From Chrysomallon squamiferum (Eukaryota > Animalia > Mollusca): a stretch of 64,000 nucleotides of DNA. This document shows positions 12,001 through 25,298 of this stretch, piece after piece. Numbering within the stretch: the first letter of the stretch is position 1; each line of letters starts with the position of its first letter. Position numbers and translations under genes: made by a program. The notes beneath the pieces were generated by a model that did no database searches, was not told the origin of the DNA, and saw only the letters and a program-made list of their open reading frames with translations. The stretch lies in assembly GCA_012295275.1 (NCBI GenBank), contig CM022676.1, positions 11,594,001 through 11,658,000 of the forward strand. Direction: 5' to 3'.

Positions 12001-15000
12001 GACTACGTTTTACATCTGTGAATATTTTGTTTCGTACCTGCAGAGAACACTGGATGTTCTGTGACTACGTTTTACATCTGTGAATATTTTGTTTCGTACC
12101 TGCAGAGAACACTGGATGTTCTGTGACTACGTTTTACATCTGTGAATATTTAGTTTCGTACCTGCAGAGAACACTGGATGTTCTGTGACTACGTTTTACA
12201 TCTGTGAATATTTTGTTTCGTACCTGCAGAGAACACTGGATGTTCTGTGACTACGTTTTACATCTGTGATTATTTAGTTTCGTACCTGCAGAGAACACTG
12301 GATGTTCTGTGACTACGTTTTACATCTGGTTTGTTCTCTGCAGAGAACACTGGATGTTCTGTGACTACGTTTTACATCTGTGAATATTTTGTTTCGTACC
12401 TGCAGAGAACACTGGATGTTCTGTGACTACGTTTTACATCTGTGAATATTTTGTTTCGTACCTGCAGAGAACACTGGATGTTCTGTGACTACGTTTTACA
12501 TCTGTGAATATTTTGTTTCGTACCTGCAGAGAACACTGGATGTTCTGTGACTACGTTTTACATCTGTGAATATTTTGTTTCGTACCTGCAGAGAACACTG
12601 GATGTTCTGTGACTACGTTTTACATCTGTGAATATTTTGTTTCGTACCTGCAGAGAACACTGGATGTTCTGTGACTACGTTTTACATCTGTGAATATTTT
12701 GTTTCGTACCTGCAGAGAACACTGGATGTTCTGACTGTTTACATCTGTTACATCTGTGACATATGTTTTGTTTCGTACCTGCAGAGAACACTGGATGTTC
12801 TGTGACTACGTTTTACATCTGTGAATATTTTGTTTCGTACCTGCAGAGAACACTGGATGTTCTGTGACTACGTTTTTACATCTGTGAATATTTTGTTTCG
12901 TACCTGCAGAGAACACTGGATGTTCTGTGACTCTGTGAATATTTTTACATCTGATGTTCTGTGATATTTTGTTTCGTACCTGCAGAGAACACTGGATGTT
13001 CTGTGACTACGTTTTACATCTGTGAATATTTTGTTTCGTACCTGCAGAGAACACTGGATGTTCTGACTACGTTTTGACTACGTTTTACATCTGCAGAGAA
13101 CACTGGATGTTCTGTGTTTTACATCTGTGAATATTTTTGTTTCGTACCTGCAGAGAACACTGGATGTTCTGTGACTACGTTTTACATCTGTGAATTTTTG
13201 TTTCGTACCTGCAGAGAACACTGGATGTTCTGTGACTACGTTTTACATCTGTGATTATTTTGTTTCGTACCTGCAGAGAACACTGGATGTTCTGTGACTA
13301 CGTTTTACATCTGTGATTATTTTGTTTCGTACCTGCAGAGAACACTGGATGTTCTGTGACTGTTTTACATCTGTGATTATTTTGTTTACATCTGCAGAGA
13401 ACACTGGATGTTCTGTGACTACGTTTTACATCTGTGATTACTTAGTTTCGTACCTGCAGAGAACACTGGATGTTCTGTGACTACGTTTTACATCTGTGAT
13501 TATTTTGTTTCGTACCTGCAGAGAACACTGGATGTTCTGTGACTACGTTTTACATCTGTGATTATTTAGTTTCGTACCTGCAGAGAACACTGGATGTTCT
13601 GTGACTACGTTTTACATCTGTGATTATTTTGTTTCGTACCTGCAGAGAACACTGGATGTTCTGTGACTACGTTTTACATCTGTGATTATTTGTGAACACT
13701 GGATGTTCTTGTTTTTCTGTGAATATTTTGTTTCGTACCTGCAGAGAACACTGGATGTTCTGTGACTACGTTTTACATCTGTGAATATTTTGTTTCGTAC
13801 CTGCAGAGAACACTGGATGTTCTTGACTACGTTTTACATCGTACCTGCACCTGCAGAGAACACTGGATGTTCTGTGACTACGTTTTACATCTGTGATTAT
13901 TTTGTTTCGTACCTGCAGAGAACACTGGATGTTCTGTGATTACTACTTTACATCTGTGANNNNNNNNNNNNNNNNNNNNNNNNNNNNNNNNNNNNNNNNN
14001 NNNNNNNNNNNNNNNNNNNNNNNNNNNNNNNNNNNNNNNNNNNNNNNNNNNNNNNNNNNNNNNNNNNNNNNNNNNNNNNNNNNNNNNNNNNNNNNNNNNN
14101 NNNNNNNNNNNNNNNNNNNNNNNNNNNNNNNNNNNNNNNNNNNNNNNNNNNNNNNNNNNGTACCTGCAGAGAACACTGGATGTTCTGTGACTACGTTTTA
14201 CATCTGTGATTATTTTGTTTCGTACCTGCAGAGAACACTGGATGTTCTGTGACTACGTTTTACATCTGTGAATATTTTGTTTCGTACCTGCAGAGAACAC
14301 TGGATGTTCTGTGACTACTTTTTACATCTGTGAATATTTTGTTTCGTACCTGCAGAGAACACTGGATGTTCTGTGACTACGTTTTACATCTGTGATTATT
14401 TAGTTTCGTACCTGCAGAGAACACTGGATGTTCTGTGACTACGTTTTACATCTGTGATTATTTTGTTTCGTACCTGCAGAGAACACTGGATGTTCTGTGA
14501 CTACGTTTTACATTGGATGTTCTGTGACTACGTTTTACATTGGATGTTCTGTGACTACGTTTTACATCTGTGAATATTTTGTTTCGTACCTGCAGAGAAC
14601 ACTGGATGTTCTGTGACTACGTTTTACATCTGTGAATATTTTGTTTCGTACCTGCAGAGAACACTGGATGTTCTGTGACTACGTTTTACATCTGTGAATA
14701 TTTTGTTTCGTACCTGCAGAGAACACTGGATGTTCTGTGACTACGTTTTACATCTGTGATTATTTTGTTTCGTACCTGCAGAGAACACTGGATGTTCTGT
14801 GACTACGTTTTACATCTGGATGTTTCGTACCTGCAGAGAACACTGGATGTTCTGTGACTACGTTTTACATCTGTGTTCTGTGATTTTTACATTGTGAGTT
14901 TCGTACCTGCAGAGAACACTGGATGTTCTGTGACTACGTTTTACATCTGTGAATATTTTGTTTCGTACCTGCAGAGAACACTGGATGTTCTGTGACTACG

Positions 15001-18000
15001 TTTTACATCTGTGAATATTTTGTTTCGTACCTGCAGAGAACACTGGATGTTCTGTGACTACGTTTTACATCTGACTACCTGCAGAGAACACTGGATGTTC
15101 TGTTTTTACATCTGTGAATATTTTGTTTCGTACCTGCAGAGAACACTGGATGTTCTGTGACTACGTTTTACATCTGTGATTATTTTGTTTCGTACCTGCA
15201 GAGAACACTGGATGTTCTGTGACTACGTTTTACATCTGGATGATTATTTATTTTGTTTCGTACCTGCAGAGAACACTGGATGTTCTGTGACTACGTTTTA
15301 CATCTGTGAATATTTTGTTTCGTACCTGCAGAGAACACTGGATGTTCTGTGACTACGTTTTACATCTGTGAATATTTTGTTTCGTACCTGCAGAGAACAC
15401 TGGATGTTCTGTGACTACGTTTTACATCTGTGAATATTTTGTTTCGTACCTGCAGAGAACACTGGATGTTCTGTGACTACGTTTTACATCTGTGATTATT
15501 TAGTTTCGTACCTGCAGAGAACACTGGATGTTCTGTGACTACGTTTTACATCTGTGAATATTTTGTTTCGTACCTGCAGAGAACACTGGATGTTCTGTGA
15601 CTACGTTTTACATCTGTGATTACTTTGTTTCGTACCTGCAGAGAACACTGGATGTTCTGTGACTACGTTTTACATCTGTGATTACTTTGTTTCGTACCTG
15701 CAGAGAACACTGGATGTTCTGTGACTACGTTTTACATCTGTGATTATTTTGTTTCGTACCTGCAGAGAACACTGGATGTTCTGTGACTACGTTTTACATC
15801 TGTGATTATTTTGTTTCGTACCTGCAGAGAACACTGGATGTTCTGTGACTACGTTTTACATCTGTGATTATTTTGTTTCGTACCTGCAGAGAACACTGGA
15901 TGTTCTGTGACTACGTTTTACATCTGTGATTATTTTGTTTCGTACCTGCAGAGAACACTGGATGTTCTGTGACTACGTTTTACATCTGTGATTATTTTGT
16001 TTCGTACCTGCAGAGAACACTGGATGTTCTGTGACTACGTTTTACATCTGTGATTATTTTGTTTCGTACCTGCAGAGAACACTGGATGTTCTGTGACTAC
16101 GTTTTACATCTGTGATTATTTAGTTTCGTACCTGCAGAGAACACTGGATGTTCTGTGACTACGTTTTACATTGGATGTTCTGTGACTACGTTTTACATCT
16201 GTGATTATTTTGTTTCGTACCTGCAGAGAACACTGGATGTTCTGTGACTACGTTTTACATCTGTGATTACTTTTGTTTCGTACCTGCAGAGAACACTGGA
16301 TGTTCTGACTGACTACGTTTTACATCTGTGATTACTTTGTTTCGTACCTGCAGAGAACACTGGATGTTCTGTGACTACGTTTTACATCTGTGATTACTTA
16401 GTTTCGTACCTGCAGAGAACACTGGATGTTCTGTGACTACGTTTTACATCTGTGAATATTTTGTTTCGTACCTGCAGAGAACACTGGATGTTCTGTGACT
16501 ACGTTTTACATCTGTGATTACTTAGTTTCGTACCTGCAGAGAACACTGGATGTTCTGTGACTACGTTTTACATCTGTGATTACTTTGTTTCGTACCTGCA
16601 GAGAACACTGGATGTTCTGTGACTACGTTTTACATCTGTGATTACTTAGTTTCGTACCTGCAGAGAACACTGGATGTTCTGTGACTACGTTTTACATCTG
16701 TGATTATTTAGTTTCGTACCTGCAGAGAACACTGGATGTTCTGTGACTACGTTTTACATCTGTGATTACTTAGTTTCGTACCTGCAGAGAACACTGGATG
16801 TTCTGTGACTACGTTTTACATCTGTGATTACTTTGTTTCGTACCTGCAGAGAACACTGGATGTTCTGTGACTACGTTTTACATCTGTGATTACTTAGTTT
16901 CGTACCTGCAGAGAACACTGGATGTTCTGTGACTACGTTTTACATCTGTGATTACTTAGTTTCGTACCTGCAGAGAACACTGGATGTTCTGTGATTACTT
17001 AGTTTCGTACCTGCAGAGAACACTGGATGTTCTGTGACTACGTTTTACATCTGTGATTACTTTGTTTCGTACCTGCAGAGAACACTGGATGTTCTGTGAC
17101 TACGTTTTACATCTGTGATTACTTAGTTTCGTACCTGCAGAGAACACTGGATGTTCTGTGACTACGTTTTACATCTGTGATTACTTTGTTTCGTACCTGC
17201 AGAGAACACTGGATGTTCTGTGACTACGTTTTACATCTGTGATTACTTAGTTTCGTACCTGCAGAGAACACTGGATGTTCTGTGACTACGTTTTACATCT
17301 GTGATTACTTAGTTTCGTACCTGCAGAGAACACTGGATGTTCTGTGACTACGTTTTACATCTGTGATTATGTTCTGTGTTTTTACGTACCTGCAGAGAAC
17401 ACTGGATGTTCTGTGACTACGTTTTACATCTGTGATTACTTAGTTTCGTACCTGCAGAGAACACTGGATGTTCTGTGACTACGTTTTACATCTGTGATTA
17501 CTTTGTTTCGTACCTGCAGAGAACACTGGATGTTCTGTGACTACGTTTTACATCTGTGATTACTTAGTTTCGTACCTGCAGAGAACACTGGATGTTCTGT
17601 GACTACGTTTTACATCTGTGATTACTTAGTTTCGTACCTGCAGAGAACACTGGATGTTCTGTGATTACTTAGTTTCGTACCTGCAGAGAACACTGGATGT
17701 TCTGTGACTACGTTTTACATCTGTGATTACTTAGTTTCGTACCTGCAGAGAACACTGGATGTTCTGTGACTACGTTTTACATCTGTGATTACTTAGTTTC
17801 GTACCTGCAGAGAACACTGGATGTTCTGTGACTACGTTTTACATCTGGATGTTCTGTGACTTACTTTACTTTTGTTTCGTACCTGCAGAGAACACTGGAT
17901 GTTCTGTGACTACGTTTTACATCTGTGATTATTTAGTTTCGTACCTGCAGAGAACACTGGATGTTCTGTGACTACGTTTTACATCTGTGATTACTTAGTT

Positions 18001-20665
18001 TCGTACCTGCAGAGAACACTGGATGTTCTGTGACTACGTTTTACATCTGTGATTACTTAGTTTCGTACCTGCAGAGAACACTGGATGTTCTGTGACTCTG
18101 TGATTACGTTTTACATCACTGGATGTTCTGACTACGTTTTACATCTGTGAATATTTAGTTTCGTACCTGCAGAGAACACTGGATGTTCTGTGACTACGTT
18201 TTACATCTGTGATTACTTAGTTTCGTACCTGCAGAGAACACTGGATGTTCTGTGACTACGTTTTACATCTGTGATTACTTAGTTTCGTACCTGCAGAGAA
18301 CACTGGATGTTCTGTGACTACGTTTTACATCTGTGAATATTTTGTTTCGTACCTGCAGAGAACACTGGATGTTCTGTGACTACGTTTTACATCTGTGATT
18401 ACTTTTACATCTGTGTTTCGTACCTGCAGAGAACACTGGATGTTCTGTGACTACGTTTTACATCTGTGATTACTTAGTTTCGTACCTGCAGAGAACACTG
18501 GATGTTCTGTGACTACGTTTTACATCTGTGATTATCTTAGTTTCGTACCTGCAGAGAACACTGGATGTTCTGTGACTGTGATTACGTTTGTTCTGTGACT
18601 CTGTGATTACTTAGTTTCGTACCTGCAGAGAACACTGGATGTTCTGTGACTACGTTTTACATCTGTGATTACTTAGTTTCGTACCTGCAGAGAACACTGG
18701 ATGTTCTGTGACTACGTTTTACATCTGTGATTACTTAGTTTCGTACCTGCAGAGAACACTGGATGTTCTGTGACTACGTTTTACATCTGTGATTACTTAG
18801 TTTCGTACCTGCAGAGAACACTGGATGTTCTGTGACTACGTTTTTACATCTGTGATTACTTAGTTTCGTACCTGCAGAGAACACTGGATGTTCTGTGACT
18901 ACGTTTTACATCTGTGATTACTTTTAGTTTCGTACCTGCAGAGAACACTGGATGTTCTGTGACTACGTTTTACATCTGTGATTACTTAGTTTCGTACCTG
19001 CAGAGAACACTGGATGTTCTGTGATTACTTAGTTTCGTACCTGTAGAGAACACTGGATGTTCTGTGATTACTTAGTTTCGTACCTGCAGAGAACACTGGA
19101 TGTTCTGTGACTACGTTTTACATCTGTGATTACTTAGTTTCGTACCTGCAGAGAACACTGGATGTTCTGTGACTACGTTTTACATCTGTGATTACTTAGT
19201 TTCGTACCTGCAGAGAACACTGGATGTTCTGTGACTACGTTTTACATCTGTGATTACTTAGTTTCGTACCTGCAGAGAACACTGGATGTTCTGTGACTAC
19301 GTTTTACATCTGTGATTACTTTAGTTTCGTACCTGCTGGATGTTCTGTGACTACGTTTTACATCTGTGATTACTTAGTTTCGTACCTGCAGAGAACACTG
19401 GATGTTCTGTGACTACGTTTTACATCTGTGATTACTTAGTTTCGTACCTGCAGAGAACACTGGATGTTCTGTGACTACGTTTTACATCTGTGATTACTTA
19501 GTTTCGTACCTGCAGAGAACACTGGATGTTCTGTGACTACGTTTTACATCTGTGATTACTTAGTTTCGTACCTGCAGAGAACACTGGATGTTCTGTGACT
19601 ACGTTTTACATCTGTGATTACTTAGTTTCGTACCTGCAGAGAACACTGGATGTTCTGTGACTACGTTTTACATCTGTGATTACTTAGTTTCGTACCTGCA
19701 GAGAACACTGGATGTTCTGTGACTACGTTTTACATCTGTGATTACTTAGTTTCGTACCTGCAGAGAACACTGGATGTTCTGTGACTACGTTTTACATCTG
19801 TGATTACTTAGTTTCGTACCTGCAGAGAACACTGGATGTTCTGTGACTACGTTTTACATCTGTGATTACTTAGTTTCGTACCTGCAGAGAACACTGGATG
19901 TTCTGTGATTACTTAGTTTCGTACTGGATGTTCTGTGACTACGTTTTACATCTGTGATTACTTAGTTTCGTACCTGCAGAGAACACTGGATGTTCTGTGA
20001 CTACGTTTTACATCTGTGATTACTTAGTTTCGTACCTGCAGAGAACACTGGATGTTCTGTGATTACTTAGTTTCGTACCTGCAGAGAACACTGGATGTTC
20101 TGTGACTACGTTTTACATCTGTGATTACTTAGTTTCGTACCTGCAGAGAACACTGGATGTTCTGTGACTACGTTTTACATCTGTGATTACTTAGTTTCGT
20201 ACCTGCAGAGAACACTGGATGTTCTGTGACTACGTTTTACATCTGTGATTACTTAGTTTCGTACCTGCAGAGAACACTGGATGTTCTGTGACTACGTTTT
20301 ACATCTGTGATTACTTAGTTTCGTACCTGCAGAGAACACTGGATGTTCTGTGACTACGTTTTACATCTGTGATTAACACTGGATTTCTGTGACCTGCAGA
20401 GAACACTGGATGTTCTGTGACTACGTTTTACATCTGTGATTACTTAGTTTCGTACCTGCAGAGAACACTGGATGTTCTGTGACTACGTTTTACATCTGTG
20501 ATTACTTAGTTTCGTACCTGCAGAGAACACTGGATGTTCTGTGACTACGTTTTACATCTGTGATTACTTAGTTTCGTACCTGCAGAGAACACTGGATGTT
20601 CTGTGACTACGTTTTACATCTGTGATTACTTAGTTTCGTACCTGCAGAGAACACTGGATGTTCTG
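9063..20665. repeat. 62-bp satellite (~180 units visible) derived from the exon-4 donor junction
   Basis: Unit cctgcagagaacactggatgttctgtgactacgttttacatctgtgattacttagtttcgta; period 62 (19571, 19633, 19695). The terminal unit overlaps the last 24 nt of exon 4. A 27-bp sub-repeat occurs at the far end, and the array contains an assembly gap. Confidence 0.97.
13960..14159. other. Assembly gap (200 N)
   Basis: Run of N inside the satellite; the true array length is unknown. Confidence 0.99.
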
Positions 20666-20833
20666 GTCGATGCCCTTTTTCGGAAAGCGGATGCTGATTT
20701 GTCTGTTTCTGCGCGCGTTGTACAGACAGCCTTGCGTGGTGACGTCAAACGTCTCCTTCCGCGGGGTGAACGTCACGACGAACTCGCCCAGCTTCGACAG
20801 CTCCAACTCCACATACGGTGGCGTGGTTTCCTG
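20642..20833 (-). CDS. ZU5/death-domain protein, exon 4 (ZU5-a end, ZU5-b start)
   Basis: ttcagCAG tandem acceptor. 192 nt, phase 0-0. Encodes QETTPPYVELELSKLGEFVVTFTPRKETFDVTTQGCLYNARRNRQISIRFPKKGIDQNIQCSLQ. Donor GTACGA at 20641. Confidence 0.85.
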
Positions 20834-21056
20834 CTGAAATCATAGCAGTGTTGTCGTTGTCGTAAATTTTGCAATAATAATAACCACAGCAACAAATAGT
20901 AATACTATGTTTTATAATAATTACTGTTATTAAGTATTGTTGAAACCATGGTGGTGTTGTTGTCGCTGTTATTATTATATTATTATTATGATTATGATTA
21001 TACGTATTATGATTTTTTAATTTTTCAATTGTTGTTATTTTTGACTGTCGTCGTCG

Positions 21057-21090
<34 letters not shown>

Positions 21091-21232
21091 AACGCACATG
21101 ACAATCACAACAACCTTTGGACGTTTACTTGTAGCATTTAATAAACATTACTATAAAGAGACAAATACATCTGGTGCAACAAATTAATGCAAAAAATCAA
21201 ACAAGCAAACAAACAAACAAACAAATAAATAC

Positions 21233-21569
21233 CGTTTTCAAAAATCCAATGTTTATCCAATCATCTTCGTCGTTCCATTTTCCTTTGACGTTCAGTTCGC
21301 AGAACTCCTCGTCCACTGGGTAGAACGGGAGTTTGATGATGACTGCTTTCTTCATCGTCGTCGCTGTTGTTGAGATCACAAAAAACTCGCTGGTGACGTG
21401 TTCGTCGGGCGCCAGCTGGACCGACTGGCGCCATCTATCGGACGGGTGTACTGCTGTACAGGTCACGTGATCCTTCTTGCCAAACGTACCTTCCTCCACG
21501 GAGAGCTTCGCCTGCAGGGGCAGTGTGAAGTTACCTCCCTTTTTTCCAGGCGTGACCGTCACAGACAGA
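21233..21569 (-). CDS. ZU5/death-domain protein, exon 3 (first ZU5)
   Basis: gtcag acceptor, phase 2; GTATTT donor, phase 0. Encodes LSVTVTPGKKGGNFTLPLQAKLSVEEGTF...HVTSEFFVI...KKAVIIKLPF...DDWINIGFLKT. Confidence 0.83.
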
Positions 21570-21689
21570 CTGACAATGTAATAGAAGATACAATATCTGT
21601 GCGTCCGTCTGTCGGTCTTATGTGCTGTGTGTGTGCGTGTGTGCGTGTGTGCGTGTGTATGTGTGTATGTGTGTATGTGTGTATGTGTG

Positions 21690-21801
<112 letters not shown>

Positions 21802-21812
21802 TGTGTGTCTGT

Positions 21813-21851
<39 letters not shown>

Positions 21852-22042
21852 AGTTTCTATGTTTATATGTAAGTATTTATGTTTGTGTTTGTTTATGAAT
21901 GTATGTACATGTGTATCATGTTTTTATATGTATCTATGACATAAAAAAAAGAAAGAAAGAAGGAGAAAAGAAAATAGAAGAAAGAAAGAAAAAAGAAAGG
22001 AAGAAAAAAGGAAAGAAGAAAAAAGAAAAGAAAGCAACTCAC

Positions 22043-22123
22043 GGGGGTTTGGATGACACATGTTTTGTCTCGCTCACAATGGAACAGTTGCACGAGTTAT
22101 CTTTCTTTGAATCACAGTTTTCA
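22043..22123 (-). CDS. ZU5/death-domain protein, exon 2
   Basis: tttccag acceptor, GTGAGT donor, 81 nt, phase 2-2, open frame ENCDSKKDNSCNCSIVSETKHVSSKP. Confidence 0.7.
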
Positions 22124-22539
22124 CTGGAAATAGAATCACACAGTATACGTATAATAGCCGCAAAGAACAAAACATATGCTTAGAATGAAAAGGGTAAAAT
22201 TATACAGAGTAAAATTATACGTAGACAGAGAAAGAAGTACGTTTACAAAGAACAATTGTTTTACACATAAAACACACAATATGTGTCTACAAACAACAAT
22301 TTACGTGTACAGGGTAGATGGGTCACTGGTATCGGTCAGTTAGGTCAGTTGTTTAGTGAACTAGATAAATATACTTTGAGTTAAAATGTCCGCCCAGGAA
22401 CAGACAAACAACAACAAAAAAGAAAGAAAGTTGCGGACGAAGGTTTGCAGTGAAATGCTGTAACAGATCTTGTCGTCCACGTGTATCATGTTGATCAGTA
22501 AGAAAAAATACGTAGTAAGTTTGTTTTTAATTCAGCCAG

Positions 22540-23072
22540 TCAGTTACTCTTACTGCTACTTCTATTACTCCATTACTACTTCTACTAATACAACTACTAC
22601 TACTACTTCTACTACTTCATTACTACTTCTAATACTACTATTACTCCAATACTACTACACTACTACTACTAATACTTCTACTACTCCATTACTACTTTTA
22701 CTAATAGAACTACTGCTAATAATAATACTTCTACTACTACTAATACTACTCCAATACTACTACTACTACTACTACTACTATTACTACTTCTACTACTCCA
22801 TTACTACTACTACTTCTACTAAAACTACTCCAATACTACTACTACTAATACTACTACTATTACTACTTCTACTACTCCATTACTACTTCTACTAATACAA
22901 CTACTACTACTACTTCTACTACTCCAATACTACTACACTACTACTACTTCTATTACTCCAGTACTACTTCTACTACTGTTTCTACTAATACTACTATTTC
23001 TGCTACTAGTACTACTACTTCTACTACTACCACTACTTCTACTACTACCACTACGTCTACAACTACTACTAG
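22540..23072. repeat. Degenerate (TAC)n microsatellite
   Basis: Imperfect tactac/tactaa/ttctac array. Confidence 0.9.
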
Positions 23073-23715
23073 TCTTACTACAGGTAAACGCTCTGTATGT
23101 GATGTCTGCTGTTCCCATCCCACTATACAATACATCAACACAAATTTCACATTTTCTTTTCAGCATTTCCGACCTTTTGTTTTCTACATCATCATCAACA
23201 TTATTATTTTCGGTTGTAAAAATGTTTCTATCGATAAACATAGCAACACACGTGAGTGTTCGTATCTGTATTTATTACAAAGAGTTGGTATGTGTTGTGT
23301 GTGTGTGGGGGGGGGGGTGTTTATACCTGTGTATATCTGCGTGTGTCTACCAGGACATTTGTCCACAGAAAAGCTGCTTAAAAAAAAAAAAAAAAACCAA
23401 AAATATAAAATCGACAATAACAACACATTCATGCACAAAATAAATGTTTTCTTTAAGTGTTCGCCGTTAACACTTGAGTGAAAGTGTCGTGACGTCACAG
23501 ACAGTCGAAAGTCACGAGGTTGTTCAGATGTAGCAATGTCTACCAATGTCTACCCGACTTTGTTTTATGTAGCAATATAACCTCGGTTTCACAATTTGTT
23601 GCACTTGTAAATTTCATTTCGGTCTAACGGACTTAATCGAGATTAACCCGAGCAGTTAATCGTGGGATTTCGGAAAACTTCCTCAACCTGTAACATTGAA
23701 GCCTGTTGGAGCCGT

Positions 23716-24945
23716 TGTTCATAACTCAGAGTAACAACGTGTACGACGTGCCACAAACGACTTTGTTCATAACTCAGAGTAACAACGTGTACGACGTGCC
23801 ACAAACGACTTTGTTCATAACTCAGAGTAACAACGTGTACGACGTGCCACAAACGACTTTGTTCATAACTCAGAGTAACAACGTGTACGACGTGCCACAA
23901 ACGACTTTGTTCATAACTCAGAGTAACAACGTGTACGACGTGCCACAAACGACTTTGTTCATAACTCAGAGTAACAACGTGTACGACGTGCCACAAACGA
24001 CTTTGTTCATAACTCAGAGTAACAGCGTGTAACGTGCCACAAACGACTTTGTTCATAACTCAGAGTAACAACGTGTACGACGTGCCACAAACGACTTTGT
24101 TCATAACTCAGAGTAACAACGTGTACGACGTGCCACAAACGACTTTGTTAATAACTAACTGTAACAGCGTGTACGACGTGCCACAAACGATTGAATAACT
24201 CACTGTAACAGCGTGTACGACGTGCCACAAACGACTTTGTTAATAACTAACTGTAACAGCGTGTACGACGTGCCACAAACGACTTTGTTAATAACTCACT
24301 GTAACAACGTGTACGACGTGCCACAAACGACTTTGTTAATAACTCACTGTAACAGCGTGTACGACGTGCCACAAACGACTTTGTTAATAACTAACTGTAA
24401 CAGCGTGTACGACGTGCCACAAACGACTTTGTTAATAACTAACTGTAACAGCGTGTACGACGTGCCACAAACGATTGAATAACTCACTGTAACAGCGTGT
24501 ACGACGTGCCACAAACGACTTTGTTAATAACTCACTGTAACAGCGTGTACGACGTGCCACAAACGACTTTGTTAATAACTCACTGTAACAACGTGTACGA
24601 CGACGCCACAAACGACTTTGTTAATAACTCACTGTAACAGCGTGTACGACGTGCCACAAACGACTTTGTTAATAACTAACTGTAACAGCGTGTACGACGT
24701 GCCACAAACGACTTTGTTAATAACTCACTGTAACAACGTGTACGACGTGCCACAAACGACTTTGTTAATAACTAACTGTAACAACGTGTACGACGTGCCA
24801 CAAACGATTGAATAACTCACTGTAACAACGTGTACGACGTGTCACAAACGATTGAATAACTAACTGTAACAGCGTGTACGACGTGCCACAAACGATTGAA
24901 TAACTAACTGTAACAGCGTGTACGACGTGTCAAAAGCGATTGTTA
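23716..24945. repeat. 48-bp minisatellite (~25 copies, with a 42-bp variant)
   Basis: Unit ataactcagagtaacaacgtgtacgacgtgccacaaacgactttgttc; reads as a 16-aa repeat in the ORF track. The variant type changes at ~24150. Confidence 0.95.
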
Positions 24946-25139
24946 ACAACGCTGATCTCATGGGTGTTTATCTTGGTGTTTATCTTTCATAAGCTACTAG
25001 TGTATTACTCGAGGTTTATTAAGCCCGACACAAAAACTTGATATTCTACTCGACTTCTTTGTGTCGGCGCGTGGAGGTGTTGTCGTCGGCGACAAACCAT
25101 AAAACTATCTCTGGAATGAATCGTCTTTACATTGGCAAC

Positions 25140-25298
25140 ATACCACTGTTCTGAAATAACGTCCCATTGTATTGAAGAAAGAAAGAAAAAAATGTGTTTT
25201 GAAATACGCTACCACAGTTTTGAAATAACCTCCCACTGTTTTGAAATACCGTACCGTTGTTTTGAAATACCGTACCGTTGTTTTGAAATACGCTACCA
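25140..25298. repeat. 21-bp tandem repeat
   Basis: tgttttgaaataccgtaccgt and variants, about 6 copies. Confidence 0.7.

Noticed and set aside
9063-20665. CRISPR-like regular repeat array
   Set aside because: No unique spacers, head-to-tail 62-bp units, no cas genes, eukaryotic intron context.
23643-24482. 16-aa repeat proteins on both strands
   Set aside because: A consequence of the 48-bp unit length; frames are broken by indels and no compatible splice phase to the host gene was found.
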